Part shown: positions 1-10,418 of the stretch, in pieces | Position numbering within the stretch: the stretch's first letter is position 1 | How the letters are laid out: every line of letters begins with the position of its first letter | From: Naegleria gruberi | Taxonomy: Eukaryota | Strand: one strand, 5' to 3' | NCBI GenBank assembly: GCA_000004985.1 | Contig: GG738896.1 | Length of the DNA stretch: 64,000 nt | The notes under the pieces: model-generated | What the model saw: only the letters and a program-made list of their open reading frames with translations | Database searches by the model: none | What the model was told of the DNA's origin: nothing | Translations under genes and position numbers: made by a program

Positions 1-17
1 GATCACTTCCATTCTTT

Positions 18-491
18 TTGATTTTCACTAAAAAGTTGGTCATGGAGGAAAAGCTCAAATTATACGATTTGACCTACGTCCCATTCAAAACAGAACTTCC
101 ACAGGATTTAAAAGTTGAATTGAAACTGAATGAAGAAAATAAGAAGGATTTATTGGTTAACATTTTGAAAATGAAAAATAGTCAAATTGATAATCTCACA
201 CCTAGAGAAATTCAATTGATTGATAGATTTTCATCTGATACACGTTATTCACCATCTCAATTATTGAAAATCATTGGAGGTGATAAGACTATTGAAAGCT
301 CCTCAACTGTGAAACATTCCGAATTTGTAAATAAGAATATTGAATTCTTTAAGGAACAATTTTTCAATGTGATTCAAGATCCAGAAAGAAAGGAACAAGT
401 TATTCGTGATCATCAAATTATTGATGTTAAAGATTTTGATCATACCATCCAATCCATGCATTCCATTTTCAAAAGTATTTCAAATCACTAA
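18..491 (+). CDS. hypothetical protein; N-terminus may be truncated by the window edge
   Basis: 157-aa ORF ending in TAA. Coding-like composition but no recognisable motifs. Confidence 0.3.
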   Translation: MIFTKKLVMEEKLKLYDLTYVPFKTELPQDLKVELKLNEENKKDLLVNILKMKNSQIDNLTPREIQLIDRFSSDTRYSPSQLLKIIGGDKTIESSSTVKHSEFVNKNIEFFKEQFFNVIQDPERKEQVIRDHQIIDVKDFDHTIQSMHSIFKSISNH

Positions 492-1002
492 TTTATTGAG
501 ATTCATTTATCACTCAAATATTTACCAAATACAAGTGCAAATAATATAATAGAGGATATATAAATCACAACTATATATCTCAATATTAGTAGAATTGAAA
601 AGAAGGTTGTTTTATCCAATAATAAAACTTGTTCATGTAAAATATTTAAATTTAATCCCCAAATAATTAAATCAAAACAAGAATTTAATATTAATACAAA
701 AATTAGATAGATATTCATTTTACGACACGATTTACTCATCATCATTGATCCGAATATAAAAGAAGCGAGTATTAAATAGTAGGAAATTAAAAAGGTTGTC
801 TCTACATCATTTGTAAAATGTATCCAATTTACTTGATGTAATATTTGATCCTTGATTGCAATCCTCAAACTTTTAAAAAATACAAGAATGGTATCATTGT
901 ACAGTGATGACATTTTTTTTAAATATATAATTAAATTTAAATTCATTACAAAATAATATTAATTATTAATATTGTTGATATTTAAAAAGAATTTAAAAAA
1001 AA

Positions 1003-1353
1003 ATGCGTAAATTCCTTCCGAACCTCAAAGTTGATAGTCCATTCAAGAAGAAGGCTACACAAGTACCAGCCCGAAGTACAGACAGCCTTGATGATGATGA
1101 TGATAGATCGGAACGTTCCAATCGATCCAACCGATCAACAGTTTCAACTCCAAAGAAATTGGTTGATAGTTCTCCATTAGTTGGTTCTGAGAAATCATCT
1201 AGTCTTCCATTTACATCAGTTTCTGAGGTAAAACGATCGATACAACAGGAAAAGGATTTGTATGTCTTTATATTAGCAGATAACTTATTAATTATATTAA
1301 AGATTAATTGTTTTGGGATATGGAGTGGAATATATAACTCCTACAAAGACTAG
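1003..1353 (+). CDS. hypothetical Ser/Asp-rich protein; possibly the 5' exon(s) of one gene with 1542..2009
   Basis: ORF starts with ATG. A candidate GTAAAA donor sits after codon GAG at 1227. Downstream segments are coding-like in other frames. Confidence 0.25.
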   Translation: MRKFLPNLKVDSPFKKKATQVPARSTDSLDDDDDRSERSNRSNRSTVSTPKKLVDSSPLVGSEKSSSLPFTSVSEVKRSIQQEKDLYVFILADNLLIILKINCFGIWSGIYNSYKD

Positions 1354-1541
1354 TTTGGAGGCTTTGTTGGAATTTGGAAAGGATCCAGGTCTTGAATATA
1401 AGGATAGAGTTAAAATTATATTAATTGATGAGGAAGTTAATGTATGTTAATGAAATTTGTGAATTGGAATTAATATTTGGAATTTAATAGAGAAAATTTT
1501 GTAATGAGAATAATCTGGTTGTTGGAACACCAATTTTACAA

Positions 1542-2009
1542 ATGTATTACAATTCAAAGAATATTAAATTTAGATTTGAAGATAGTGTAGGAAAATCAAT
1601 GGGTGAAACATCGTCACAAAAGGGATCTAAAAAAACAATTGATGAGGACAATGAATCAAGACCTAGAAATGTATATATTGGACAACTTCACTATTCAATT
1701 ATTCATACACTTGTTGTTTTAACATTTGAAGCAATTAGTGATGCAGAGGAAGAGGAGGCCGAAGAAATTATTGTAGAGGTAGATATGGCCATTTTGAGAG
1801 GAGAAAAAGAATTGGATGCTGAAGCAGATGATAAATTTGATTCATCTGTAAGTGATGAAACTGACAGTGGAGAAGAAACAGAGGAAGAAGATAGTGACTC
1901 TGAAAGTGTAAAATTAGCAAATAGTGCATCAAATGCTAAATCATTAGATCAAGATGATGAAGATGGTGATTTTGACGACGAAATGTCGAGAGCAACAAAT
2001 GTAAAGTAA
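1542..2009 (+). CDS. hypothetical protein with long acidic (E/D-rich) tail; possibly a nucleoplasmin-like chaperone
   Basis: 155-aa ORF. A hydrophobic beta-like core (NVYIGQLHYSIIHTLVVLTFEAI) is followed by poly-E/D tracts. The exon linkage to 1003..1353 is unresolved. Confidence 0.25.
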   Translation: MYYNSKNIKFRFEDSVGKSMGETSSQKGSKKTIDEDNESRPRNVYIGQLHYSIIHTLVVLTFEAISDAEEEEAEEIIVEVDMAILRGEKELDAEADDKFDSSVSDETDSGEETEEEDSDSESVKLANSASNAKSLDQDDEDGDFDDEMSRATNVK

Positions 2010-2179
2010 ATCTCGTAATTTATTTGAACAACAACTTGTTGCCTTTCTTTTCATTGAATACTAAATAGTTAAACAGTGAAGAGAAATGATCTGGTACTGG
2101 GGCAATGACAACCATATTTTCACCCCTGTTATTAAGTAGAATAGTTTGTTTAAAATGTAAATGAACTATTTCATAAAAC

Positions 2180-3457
2180 TTACTTTGAATTAAGATATGG
2201 AAGCTTCATAGCTCTGTGATGTAAATGAAGTCTCTTTAAGCTCTTATCTGGAACTACGTGTGTCAAACTTTCTGGCACACCTTCACCATACTTGTAATCA
2301 CCTAAAATTGGAGCTCCCAAAGCACTAGCACAATGAACTCTAAGTTGATGTTTTCTTCCTGTCACTGGATAGAGAGCTACCCAAGCCAATTTATCAGTCA
2401 TGTGGTCGATGGTCTTGTATTCAGATACAGAGATTTTTGACGAGTCTGTCTTATTATCCACAGGAACTACTTTTTCTACTCCATTTGCATCTTTTTGAAT
2501 GTCGATTACCATCTTAATTCTTCCAGTAGTTGGTGTTGGAACGCCAACAGTGACAGCCCAATAACACTTCTTAAGTGGAACAGTTGATTCCTGTAACCAT
2601 TGTTGCATTCTTATGGCACCAGCTCTATTTCTAGCAACAATCAACACACCAGTTGTATCTCTATCCAATCTGTGAACAAGTTTTGGTCGCACATTGAATC
2701 CGTCCAATCCAGTCAGTGCATCCAAAAGTGCATCGATGTGGAATGTTTGATTACTTCCTCCCTGAACACAAATACCATATGGCTTGTTAAGTGCAATAAT
2801 TTCATCATTCTTGAAGAGGATCCAACTTCTAATTTCCTCAATTTGTTCCTGTGTTAATTCGAGTTTCATTTTACCTCCATTCTTACTATAAATTGGATTT
2901 CCCAAAGTTTCTGATGAGATGGTATCCATTTCATCATCTCTGTCTATTTTATCAGTTTCTCTTTGTGCCTTATTGAACTGTTCTCTTTTTCCTGTTATAT
3001 GCTCGTCAATTTCCTGTCTCTTTTCACTATCAATGAAATCTTTTGGAATTTTAATAATGTCTCCCTTAAAAACTCGTTCATTATTTTCCTTAACAGCAAT
3101 TCCATTCTTGAAAAGTTGCTTCTTTCTCGTAATTTTCTGTATCAGACCAAAATTAATGGCAAGAGTTTTTGTTAGGAATTTATCCAATCTCATATCATCG
3201 TGTTCCTGTGAAACTGTTAATGTGACATATTTCTTTTTTAAGGAGCTAGAATTGACCTCGTTTTTGGAAGTAGATTTATCTTGATTGGATTCAACAATTG
3301 GCATAGAAGAGGCCTGGTGATCAGGTTTCACACTTGTTGTTGGAGTATTTTCAAGTAATGTTGAATCTTCTTGTTGTTTATCATTTCCTATTTTACAATT
3401 CAAATAAATTTCATCAAATGAACAAAAAGTTTGTAATTTATATGCCGATAATATCAA
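2180..3457 (-). CDS. RluA-family pseudouridine synthase (RPUSD-like)
   Basis: 425-aa ORF with the catalytic motif KLVHRLDRDTTGVLIVARN (HRLD..TSG signature). The C-terminal region is conserved (HQLRVHCASALGAPILGDYKYG). Confidence 0.75.
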   Translation of the reverse strand: MILSAYKLQTFCSFDEIYLNCKIGNDKQQEDSTLLENTPTTSVKPDHQASSMPIVESNQDKSTSKNEVNSSSLKKKYVTLTVSQEHDDMRLDKFLTKTLAINFGLIQKITRKKQLFKNGIAVKENNERVFKGDIIKIPKDFIDSEKRQEIDEHITGKREQFNKAQRETDKIDRDDEMDTISSETLGNPIYSKNGGKMKLELTQEQIEEIRSWILFKNDEIIALNKPYGICVQGGSNQTFHIDALLDALTGLDGFNVRPKLVHRLDRDTTGVLIVARNRAGAIRMQQWLQESTVPLKKCYWAVTVGVPTPTTGRIKMVIDIQKDANGVEKVVPVDNKTDSSKISVSEYKTIDHMTDKLAWVALYPVTGRKHQLRVHCASALGAPILGDYKYGEGVPESLTHVVPDKSLKRLHLHHRAMKLPYLNSK

Positions 3458-3505
3458 AAATTAAGTAACAAACCATAAGAAATGGTTAGTTAAGGAAGAA
3501 TATGA

Positions 3506-3895
3506 TTACACACCCTTTCCGAATGGTTTTCCTCTAGTAGCAGCTTCCTTCTTTTGTTCTTCAAAAAGTTGTTGGTCATATTCATCTTGGAACAATGGAG
3601 CTTCATTTCCCCACTGTTGCATCATTTCATCTCCAAAATCTTCACTCAAATCAGTTTCAGCCTCGGATTGAAGATATTCCCACAAGAATTGACGAAGTAA
3701 ATCTTCATATTGTCTAGAATCCATCCCCGATGCAAATTGTTGAATATCCTTATTATTATTATTCATTTGCGTAACATTTTGAGAGAAACATCTAATGATG
3801 GAATATTGTTGTTGGTTTGCTGCTGATGAAGCAACTTTTGAAATCAAAGGCTTTGAGAGTTTGGAAATGTTTTTGAGCATTTTTTTTATTTTCAA
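3506..3895 (-). CDS. hypothetical small acidic protein
   Basis: 129-aa ORF with no recognisable domain. Confidence 0.25.
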   Translation of the reverse strand: MKIKKMLKNISKLSKPLISKVASSAANQQQYSIIRCFSQNVTQMNNNNKDIQQFASGMDSRQYEDLLRQFLWEYLQSEAETDLSEDFGDEMMQQWGNEAPLFQDEYDQQLFEEQKKEAATRGKPFGKGV

Positions 3896-4078
3896 TTTTT
3901 TGAAAAATTTAAAATTGATTGAATTTAAAAATTTAAATTGTTTGAAGTTAATTATTGAGAGAGCTTGTTAATGGTGGTGAGTGAGAATGAGCTTTTCAAA
4001 AATGGAATACAAGATAATGGATAGCAGAAAATTGTGTTTATTCTTTCAAAACTCCACATTCAATCATAAATTCTAATA

Positions 4079-5129
4079 GAGGTTAAAATTATTGAAATGA
4101 GAAAGAGTACTTACTCTTAATGTGGTTGGTGAGTTCTCGTAATCCGAGGACTTCTCTCAGATCATTGTGTCCAGCATTCTTGATCCATAAGGCTGGATAT
4201 GGATTTTTAACATGTTTGTGAATATAAATGCCATGGTCAACTCTGTAAAATGTTGATAAATATTTTTGTAAACAATTTGATGATAACTTACGGAACTAAC
4301 TCATCATTTTCACCATGAATAATAAAAACAGGAGCTTCAATAGCACCAATTCTCATATAACTTGGGAAAATATCAACCAATCTTCCTGCAAATACATTTG
4401 TAACAGTTCTTACAATACTTTCGAATGGACTTTCTAAAATTACACCAGAAACTCTACGATGATGAGCTGCCAAATAGATGCTAGCTGCAGTTCCCATCGA
4501 TGTACCATATAGAATAACATTTTCAGGTGAAACTTTCAAAGAATTCACAACATAATCAAAAGCAGTCAATGCACATTCATAAACACCTTCTTCACTTGGT
4601 TCTTCAACATTTGACAAGACTCCATATCCAAAATACTTTACAATTCAATCAATTATTATGAATAATAGCTAACGTACTTCATAATGAACAATATTGACAT
4701 TCAATTTATCTCTCAAAATTGTTAGATAATCATAACTCATTCCAATATCCATTCCATTTCCTAAATTTTACAAGAATTTTTCTTCAAACCATGCGAAATT
4801 TCACTTAAATTACGTACCATGACTATAGAGAATGGTTGTTTTTACACTTTCAGTCTTTGCTTTAAAATAATACAGTGCCACTTCCTTTCCAGTTTTAATT
4901 CCTATTAATAATTATGATGATGATGACAATATAAATTGATTAATGATAAACGATGATAATTAACGATAATTGATGAATACGATGATGATGAAGGAAATAT
5001 AACATGATGAGGAATGTGATGAAATTTTTAATATTTACCTGGAGTGTAGATGACAGGATGTGGTTTTTCGGTTGTGTAGGATGCTGGTTTAGGAGGTTGA
5101 AAAGTTAATGAAGAAACAACTGAACCCAT
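4079..5129 (-). CDS. alpha/beta-hydrolase ABHD17-like (putative depalmitoylase); multi-exon, at least 5 exons
   Basis: Exon 1 is 5039..5129 (MGSVVSSLTFQPP...) and ends at a GTAAAT donor. Internal exons encode YSHGNGMDIG, the nucleophile elbow GTSMGT, IIHGENDELVP and AGHND. Together these give a Ser-Asp-His triad in ABHD17 order. The 3' end is approximate. Confidence 0.6.
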
Positions 5130-5325
5130 CCTCTCTCTCAATTATTATAATTTTTTTATGTCACTGATCAAGAAATGTAGTGACGGGTAATGATTTTAGT
5201 TAGTTCATTTGTTGTTCAGTAGAAAATTTCACTTTTTTACTATGGAACTATTCATACAAAAGTTCAACAAATGAAATGTTTGGTATTTAATATTTAAATA
5301 TATTTAATAATTGTAAAATAATTAT

Positions 5326-5949
5326 TTGATGAATGGAAAAATGAAAAAATTACAATCATTGAAAGCACCCACTTGTTCATTCAACAAGACTAAAAATTGC
5401 CTACACTCAAAATTTATCTTCAATTCCAAGATTAATCAAAGTTTTGAATTTTCCATCCCGAAGAATTTTAATCAAATTTTAAATTTTCATCAAACAAGCC
5501 TTCGTCAATTTTCTCATCATTCAATTAATTATATTAATAATAATAACAATACAAAGGAAGAAAGAACGATGGAAGAATTATTAAAAACATTTACCAATGG
5601 AATTATTTCGAAAAAGCAATTGAAAGAATTAATTGAATCGTCATCACCATCTTCTGTAAAATATTTTCTATTTGATGTTAGAAGTGAACAGGAAGCTAAT
5701 GGAATATTTCATCCAATATTACCAACTGCTGTAAATATTCCGATTTATCATTTGGAACCAATTTTTGAAATGGATGATGAGGATTTTAAGAGTCAACTCG
5801 GAATTGAAAAACCAAAATCTGATGATTTAATTATTGTCTATTGTGAGCATGGTATTAGAAGTGCAATGGCACAACAAGTATTAATAGAAGAGTATGGATA
5901 TTCAAATGTTATTAATTATAGAGGATCTGCTCATGATTGGTACTCTTAA
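5326..5949 (+). CDS. rhodanese-domain protein (sulfurtransferase-like) with a presequence-like N-terminus
   Basis: 207-aa ORF. Active-site loop CEHGIRS (Cx2GxR) within the rhodanese fold pattern FLFDVRSEQE...IIVYC. Confidence 0.65.
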   Translation: MMNGKMKKLQSLKAPTCSFNKTKNCLHSKFIFNSKINQSFEFSIPKNFNQILNFHQTSLRQFSHHSINYINNNNNTKEERTMEELLKTFTNGIISKKQLKELIESSSPSSVKYFLFDVRSEQEANGIFHPILPTAVNIPIYHLEPIFEMDDEDFKSQLGIEKPKSDDLIIVYCEHGIRSAMAQQVLIEEYGYSNVINYRGSAHDWYS

Positions 5950-6212
5950 ATCATATTGTTTTTTGAATGAATAGTGAAATAATTAATTCATTAATCAATC
6001 GAATTTACATTTTGAAACAAAGTCCCCAATAGGAAGCAATATTCATATTTTGTTCTTTCAGATAGGTACCAAACGAACCAATCAATAGTTTTGATCATTG
6101 TAACTTATGAATTTTCAATAAATAACATTGTAAATTTGCTCTCAGTCCCCACCAGGTTTTAAGCTTGCAGCCACGCAACATTGTAATTTCCGTTTAAAAA
6201 AAATACAACAAA

Positions 6213-6711
6213 ATGTCCTCTGAAAGAAGTACGTATAATTCTATGATAAAATATATTAAACTTTGAAAAAGCTTTCATTGCTTTGAAGCCTGATGCCGTC
6301 CAACGTGGTTTGATTGGTCCAATCATTACCAGATTCGAACAAAAGGGATTCAAGTTGGTTGCTATGAAGCTCATCACTCCAACTGCTGAATTGGCCTCTA
6401 AGCATTACGCTGAACATGATGGTAAGCCATTCTTTGCTGGTTTGGTTGAATTCTTGACTTCTGGTCCAGTCTGTGCTATGGTCTGGGAAGGTCAAGGTGT
6501 CATTGCTGCTGCTAGAAAGCTCATCGGTGTTACCAAGCCATTGGAATCTGCTCCAGGTACTATCAGAGGTGACTTTGCTATCAACGTTGGTAGAAACATT
6601 ATCCACGGTTCTGACAGCACTACCTCCGCTGAAGCTGAAATTGCTTTGTGGTTCAAGCCTGAAGAAATCTCCAACTGGACTCCAGTTGCTAACAAATGGA
6701 TTTACGAATAA
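6213..6711 (+). CDS. NDK: nucleoside diphosphate kinase; join(6213..6228,6272..6711)
   Basis: Exon 1 (ATGTCCTCTGAAAGAA) ends at a GTACGT donor at 6229. The intron ends in AG at 6271. The spliced product is [38 protein letters not shown]..., matching the NDK N-terminus. The full NDK fold includes the active-site His region NIIHGSD. Confidence 0.9.
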
Positions 6712-6746
6712 ATAGTTAGTTACTACTCTAACCTTTAATAGCAAAC

Positions 6747-8087
6747 ATGTTCAATAATATTGTATTAATATTAAGAATAATTAAAAAATATTTTAAATTG
6801 TATTCGGAATTGAAAAACAATGAAGGTTACCTCCCTCTCGATGATCAGGTACCACAACTCCTATTAGAAATTAAATTAGAGGGGTTCCATTTCCCCTCTC
6901 TATTTGTGTTGTTTTGCCAACAGGTAAAAACGATCAAAACAAATTACAGATATTATTATTTAAAAAAAATGTGTGAGTATTCCGATGATCGACTCGTAGA
7001 TATTATCAATCTTGAAATTAAATTACAAAAGGAATGGTATAGTGATACGATAGAGGGTGATATTCGTTTAGAAATTAAAGAAAATTGTAATCAAGTTATT
7101 CGTATTAAAGATATTACTCTCTTTTTGCAGGGATTAGAAAAATTAGAGTATCAAGTGGAGGGTCCGAACCGATCTTTGGCTTGGAAATCTGATGAAAAAA
7201 AGGTACTACAAAGTGAGGTACCGATCGCTGGAGATGGGAAATTAACAAAAGGTCCTCATGTTTATTCTTTTTCAGAAAGATTACCAACCGATATTCCTGG
7301 ATCATTCTTTGAGGAAACCACTTATCTGGGAAAACAGATCAAGGCTCAGATATCTTACTTTGCATCATGTGTTGTTGAACTAAGGGTGGGAAATGAAAAA
7401 GAGTCTCAACATGTTACAATTCACAAACAATTTGAAATTTTTGAAAAATTAGGTGATAGAATGGCTAACAATTTGTTTGCAAGCAGAAATAATCAATCAT
7501 GTGGATTATTGTGGAAAATATCATCGAGAAGAAATATTTACTGTCGAAGAGACAAATGCCAATTTTATTCAGAAGTATTGAACGAAGGCATCTCTTCTGT
7601 ATCATTTATTACTGTCAGATTGCTGCAGATTTTAAAGCTTAACATGGAGAAACAAAATACATCAGAGAATATTATGTTAGAGGTCTATAAAAAGACCTTT
7701 AATGGTATCCTGCCAAAATGTAAAGATTTGAGAAATATCACATTTGATTTACATCCAGATCTTGTTGATTATTTCCTCTATCCACAAACAACTTATGGAA
7801 GTCTTATCAGAGTAGAGTACATGCTCCAATTTTCACTAGATAATTTGATTGAGATCAATATTCCAATAGAGGTTTTATTCAAGCAAGACATTCCAGTAAG
7901 ACCTTTATCTAGAAACACAATATCATTGACTGATCATGAAAAGTCCAATAGAAGAAAATCAAAGAGCTACTACGGAGAGCTTGAAGATTATGAGGAATCT
8001 GTCGTGTTAAATGATCCAAAAGATCAAGATAATTATCACGAAGTAATTTCATTAGAGAAAAATACTGGCTGTTGTACTATTCAATAG
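6747..8087 (+). CDS. arrestin-domain-like protein (tentative)
   Basis: 446-aa ORF. The central region (GDGKLTKGPHVYSFSERLPTDIPGSFFEETTYLGKQIKAQISYFAS) resembles the arrestin N-domain signature. The true start may be the internal Met at about 6966. Confidence 0.35.
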   Translation: MFNNIVLILRIIKKYFKLYSELKNNEGYLPLDDQVPQLLLEIKLEGFHFPSLFVLFCQQVKTIKTNYRYYYLKKMCEYSDDRLVDIINLEIKLQKEWYSDTIEGDIRLEIKENCNQVIRIKDITLFLQGLEKLEYQVEGPNRSLAWKSDEKKVLQSEVPIAGDGKLTKGPHVYSFSERLPTDIPGSFFEETTYLGKQIKAQISYFASCVVELRVGNEKESQHVTIHKQFEIFEKLGDRMANNLFASRNNQSCGLLWKISSRRNIYCRRDKCQFYSEVLNEGISSVSFITVRLLQILKLNMEKQNTSENIMLEVYKKTFNGILPKCKDLRNITFDLHPDLVDYFLYPQTTYGSLIRVEYMLQFSLDNLIEINIPIEVLFKQDIPVRPLSRNTISLTDHEKSNRRKSKSYYGELEDYEESVVLNDPKDQDNYHEVISLEKNTGCCTIQ

Positions 8088-8237
8088 AGAGATTTTATGA
8101 TTTCTAAACATGTCATCTTCTAACTCTAATTATTTCTCTTTTCTTTGTTTTGCTATCCACACTATCTACAAGCAACTGTTTTCTTGACCTGAAAAGATAT
8201 AGGGTAATCTTCTACACTATCTTTTTTTGAACAAGAA

Positions 8238-8310
8238 GCCGACATAGCTCAGTTGGGAGAGCGTAAGACTGAAGATCTTAAGGTCCCTGGTTCGATCCCT
8301 GGTGTCGGCA
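8238..8310 (+). tRNA. tRNA-Phe (anticodon GAA)
   Basis: 73-nt cloverleaf GCCGACATAGCTCAGTTGGGAGAGCGTAAGACTGAAGATCTTAAGGTCCCTGGTTCGATCCCTGGTGTCGGCA. The 7-bp acceptor stem is GCCGACA/TGTCGGC, with a GAA anticodon loop and a TTCGATC T-loop. No encoded CCA. Confidence 0.9.
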
Positions 8311-8637
8311 AATTTTTACAATTCGAGATTTATTTGATAATAGAGAGCAACTTGATTGTTTTTGAATTTGTAGAAACCTAAAGAATTTTTGTCAATTTTC
8401 AAATTTCTTTTTTGCATAATCATAGTTTTGTTGTCTCAATTCGGTAGATATTTCCTCTACCAAATAATCAGGGATTGAATAGCAGTGATAGGATCTGAAT
8501 GTGGATGATCCACCAGTATATTGTGTGGAACAGGTTTAGTCGAGTTTCATTTTTTACCATAGTTGATAAGTTTCTTGATAAAGTTGACAATAGGAGCTGT
8601 TGATGAAGCTTTGATTATGCTTCTAGTAATTGGAGGT

Positions 8638-10248
8638 TTACCAATAGTTATTACAGCTACAAATTCCATTCTTAAAATGATGAAATCTCTTGGCATCCCT
8701 GACAATAATTTCGCAATCCATCACTTTAGAAATAAATGCTGTTGCTGAATGACAATCATTGCAAACCCTCAGGTTTGTGGTTAATAATATTTTCTTGCGA
8801 TCCTTATTCAACACAAAAGCATGAGCAATTGCTGTTTTTTCTGAATGCCTTAACAGGGCTTTAACTCTTTCGTCTTTAGTCTTAAACTCTGTATTTGGTA
8901 CCCATCTTACATCTGGCACATAACCTGCTTTGATGATTTTTCTGAAAATTTCATCTCTCATTTGCTCAACCTCATTGAATCTGTCAAAATTATCATTGCC
9001 AGATACAAATTTGTAGGTTATTCCATTTTCTTCGTGATACACAATGCCGGGCATTACCTGAATACCCTTTTCTTTCATTAGCTCTCTAATTTTATTTGCC
9101 TTTTCAACAAGTCCATAGTTCATGTAAATATGTGATAATAAATAGGCAGAAGGTTCCAATTCATCGATGGATATCATTATTTTGAATACTCTTTCTCCTA
9201 GCTCTAGGTTATTGAATTTTCTACAACCACACATTAAAGTATTCCAAAGTATATAACTATCATCATGATCAATTACACTTTCTGCCTGTTCTAACAGTCC
9301 TTTTCGTGCCAATGCATCTACCATAGCACATTTATTATGTATGGATGGATGCTTAATTGAGGAAAATACTGAATATACATGCTCTACCATTCCAGAATGA
9401 GAAAGAGCATTCAGCAGAATTGTGAAAGTTTTTTCTGTAGGTTCAATATTCTTTTCTATGAATGAAATGTAAAAATTGAATGCTTCAGATCCCTCACCAT
9501 GATGTGCGAAAACAGAAAGGATGTTATTGCATGTTTCAATTGAAAGAGCTTTTTCATATTTCAACAATTCATCAAAAATCTGTTTGGATGCTTCTAACTC
9601 TCCAATTTTTGAAAAATAAAGAGCTATCGAAGATTGTATTATTTCATTATTGTACAACCCATTATCTTGAATGTGTTTTATCACTCGGTTACCACTGTCG
9701 GTTGATACAAATCTAGAACATGCTTGTAACAAAACAAGATATGTTACAATATTGGGTTGAAAATTTTGCTTCAGCATTTCGTTAAAAACTGTAAAAGCTT
9801 CATTAGCATCACCTATCTCAATAAAAGCCTGTATCAAAGCAGTACAGGTTCCGACATTAACTAGACCTGCCTCACAAAACTCATCGTATAAATCAACTGC
9901 CACATATGGTTTACCACACTTTGTGTAAAAGTTCATGATGGATGTTGCGAGCTCAGTAGTAATATTCTCAATAACATCTGGAATCATTCGGTGAATTTCT
10001 ACTCCTTCCTCATATAATCTATTATCTGCACATCCTTTCAGTAAAATTGTAAATTTAATGTCATTTGGTGATATGTTGTTTCCTTGCATTGTTGTAAAGG
10101 TTTGAATAGCTGTTGAAATGTTTCCAGCGCTAATATATGCTTGGAGTAAACAATTCCATGAACCAATATCTACTCCTCCTGTCTTTTTCAGTTTTTCAAA
10201 CTCCTCCATCGCGAGTTCAGGATGGCCACATTTTGTGTAAAATGACAT
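8638..10248 (-). CDS. PLS-class pentatricopeptide-repeat protein with C-terminal E/DYW cytidine-deaminase-like domain (organellar RNA-editing factor type)
   Basis: 536-aa ORF with degenerate 35-aa helical repeats and FYTKCG-type motifs. The C-terminus (HSEKTAIAHAFVLN...NLRVCNDCHSATAFISKVMDCEIIVRDAKRFHHFKNGICSCNNYW) matches DYW-domain HxE / CxxCH / terminal DYW-like signatures. The ORF begins inside a repeat, so the 5' end is probably spliced to the upstream ORF. Confidence 0.85.
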   Translation of the reverse strand: MSFYTKCGHPELAMEEFEKLKKTGGVDIGSWNCLLQAYISAGNISTAIQTFTTMQGNNISPNDIKFTILLKGCADNRLYEEGVEIHRMIPDVIENITTELATSIMNFYTKCGKPYVAVDLYDEFCEAGLVNVGTCTALIQAFIEIGDANEAFTVFNEMLKQNFQPNIVTYLVLLQACSRFVSTDSGNRVIKHIQDNGLYNNEIIQSSIALYFSKIGELEASKQIFDELLKYEKALSIETCNNILSVFAHHGEGSEAFNFYISFIEKNIEPTEKTFTILLNALSHSGMVEHVYSVFSSIKHPSIHNKCAMVDALARKGLLEQAESVIDHDDSYILWNTLMCGCRKFNNLELGERVFKIMISIDELEPSAYLLSHIYMNYGLVEKANKIRELMKEKGIQVMPGIVYHEENGITYKFVSGNDNFDRFNEVEQMRDEIFRKIIKAGYVPDVRWVPNTEFKTKDERVKALLRHSEKTAIAHAFVLNKDRKKILLTTNLRVCNDCHSATAFISKVMDCEIIVRDAKRFHHFKNGICSCNNYW

Positions 10249-10418
10249 AACAGTATTATGTTAGTTAGTACTAATATTCAGTAGCAGTTTTTGAGCTTGG
10301 TTATGTATCCTTTTACCCTCATCAAATAGTCTGTGGTGTGTGCAAGAAGTTAATAAAATGGATTCATCGATACTATATCTTGGAACTGTGTAATCCAAGC
10401 ACATTTAAGTAGAAAAAA

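Noticed and set aside
2600-3284. Plus-strand ORFs 2600..2857, 2919..3284 and 2963..3175
   Set aside because: They are antisense to the well-supported RluA pseudouridine-synthase CDS. Low-complexity translations typical of AT-rich antisense frames.
6159-6744. ORFs 6159..6377(-), 6256..6744(-), 6473..6715(+) and 6492..6695(-)
   Set aside because: They are alternative or antisense frames overlapping the strongly conserved NDK coding sequence.
8563-8748. 61-aa plus-strand ORF overlapping the 3' end of the DYW-PPR gene
   Set aside because: Short, no motifs, and it overlaps the conserved DYW coding region on the opposite strand.
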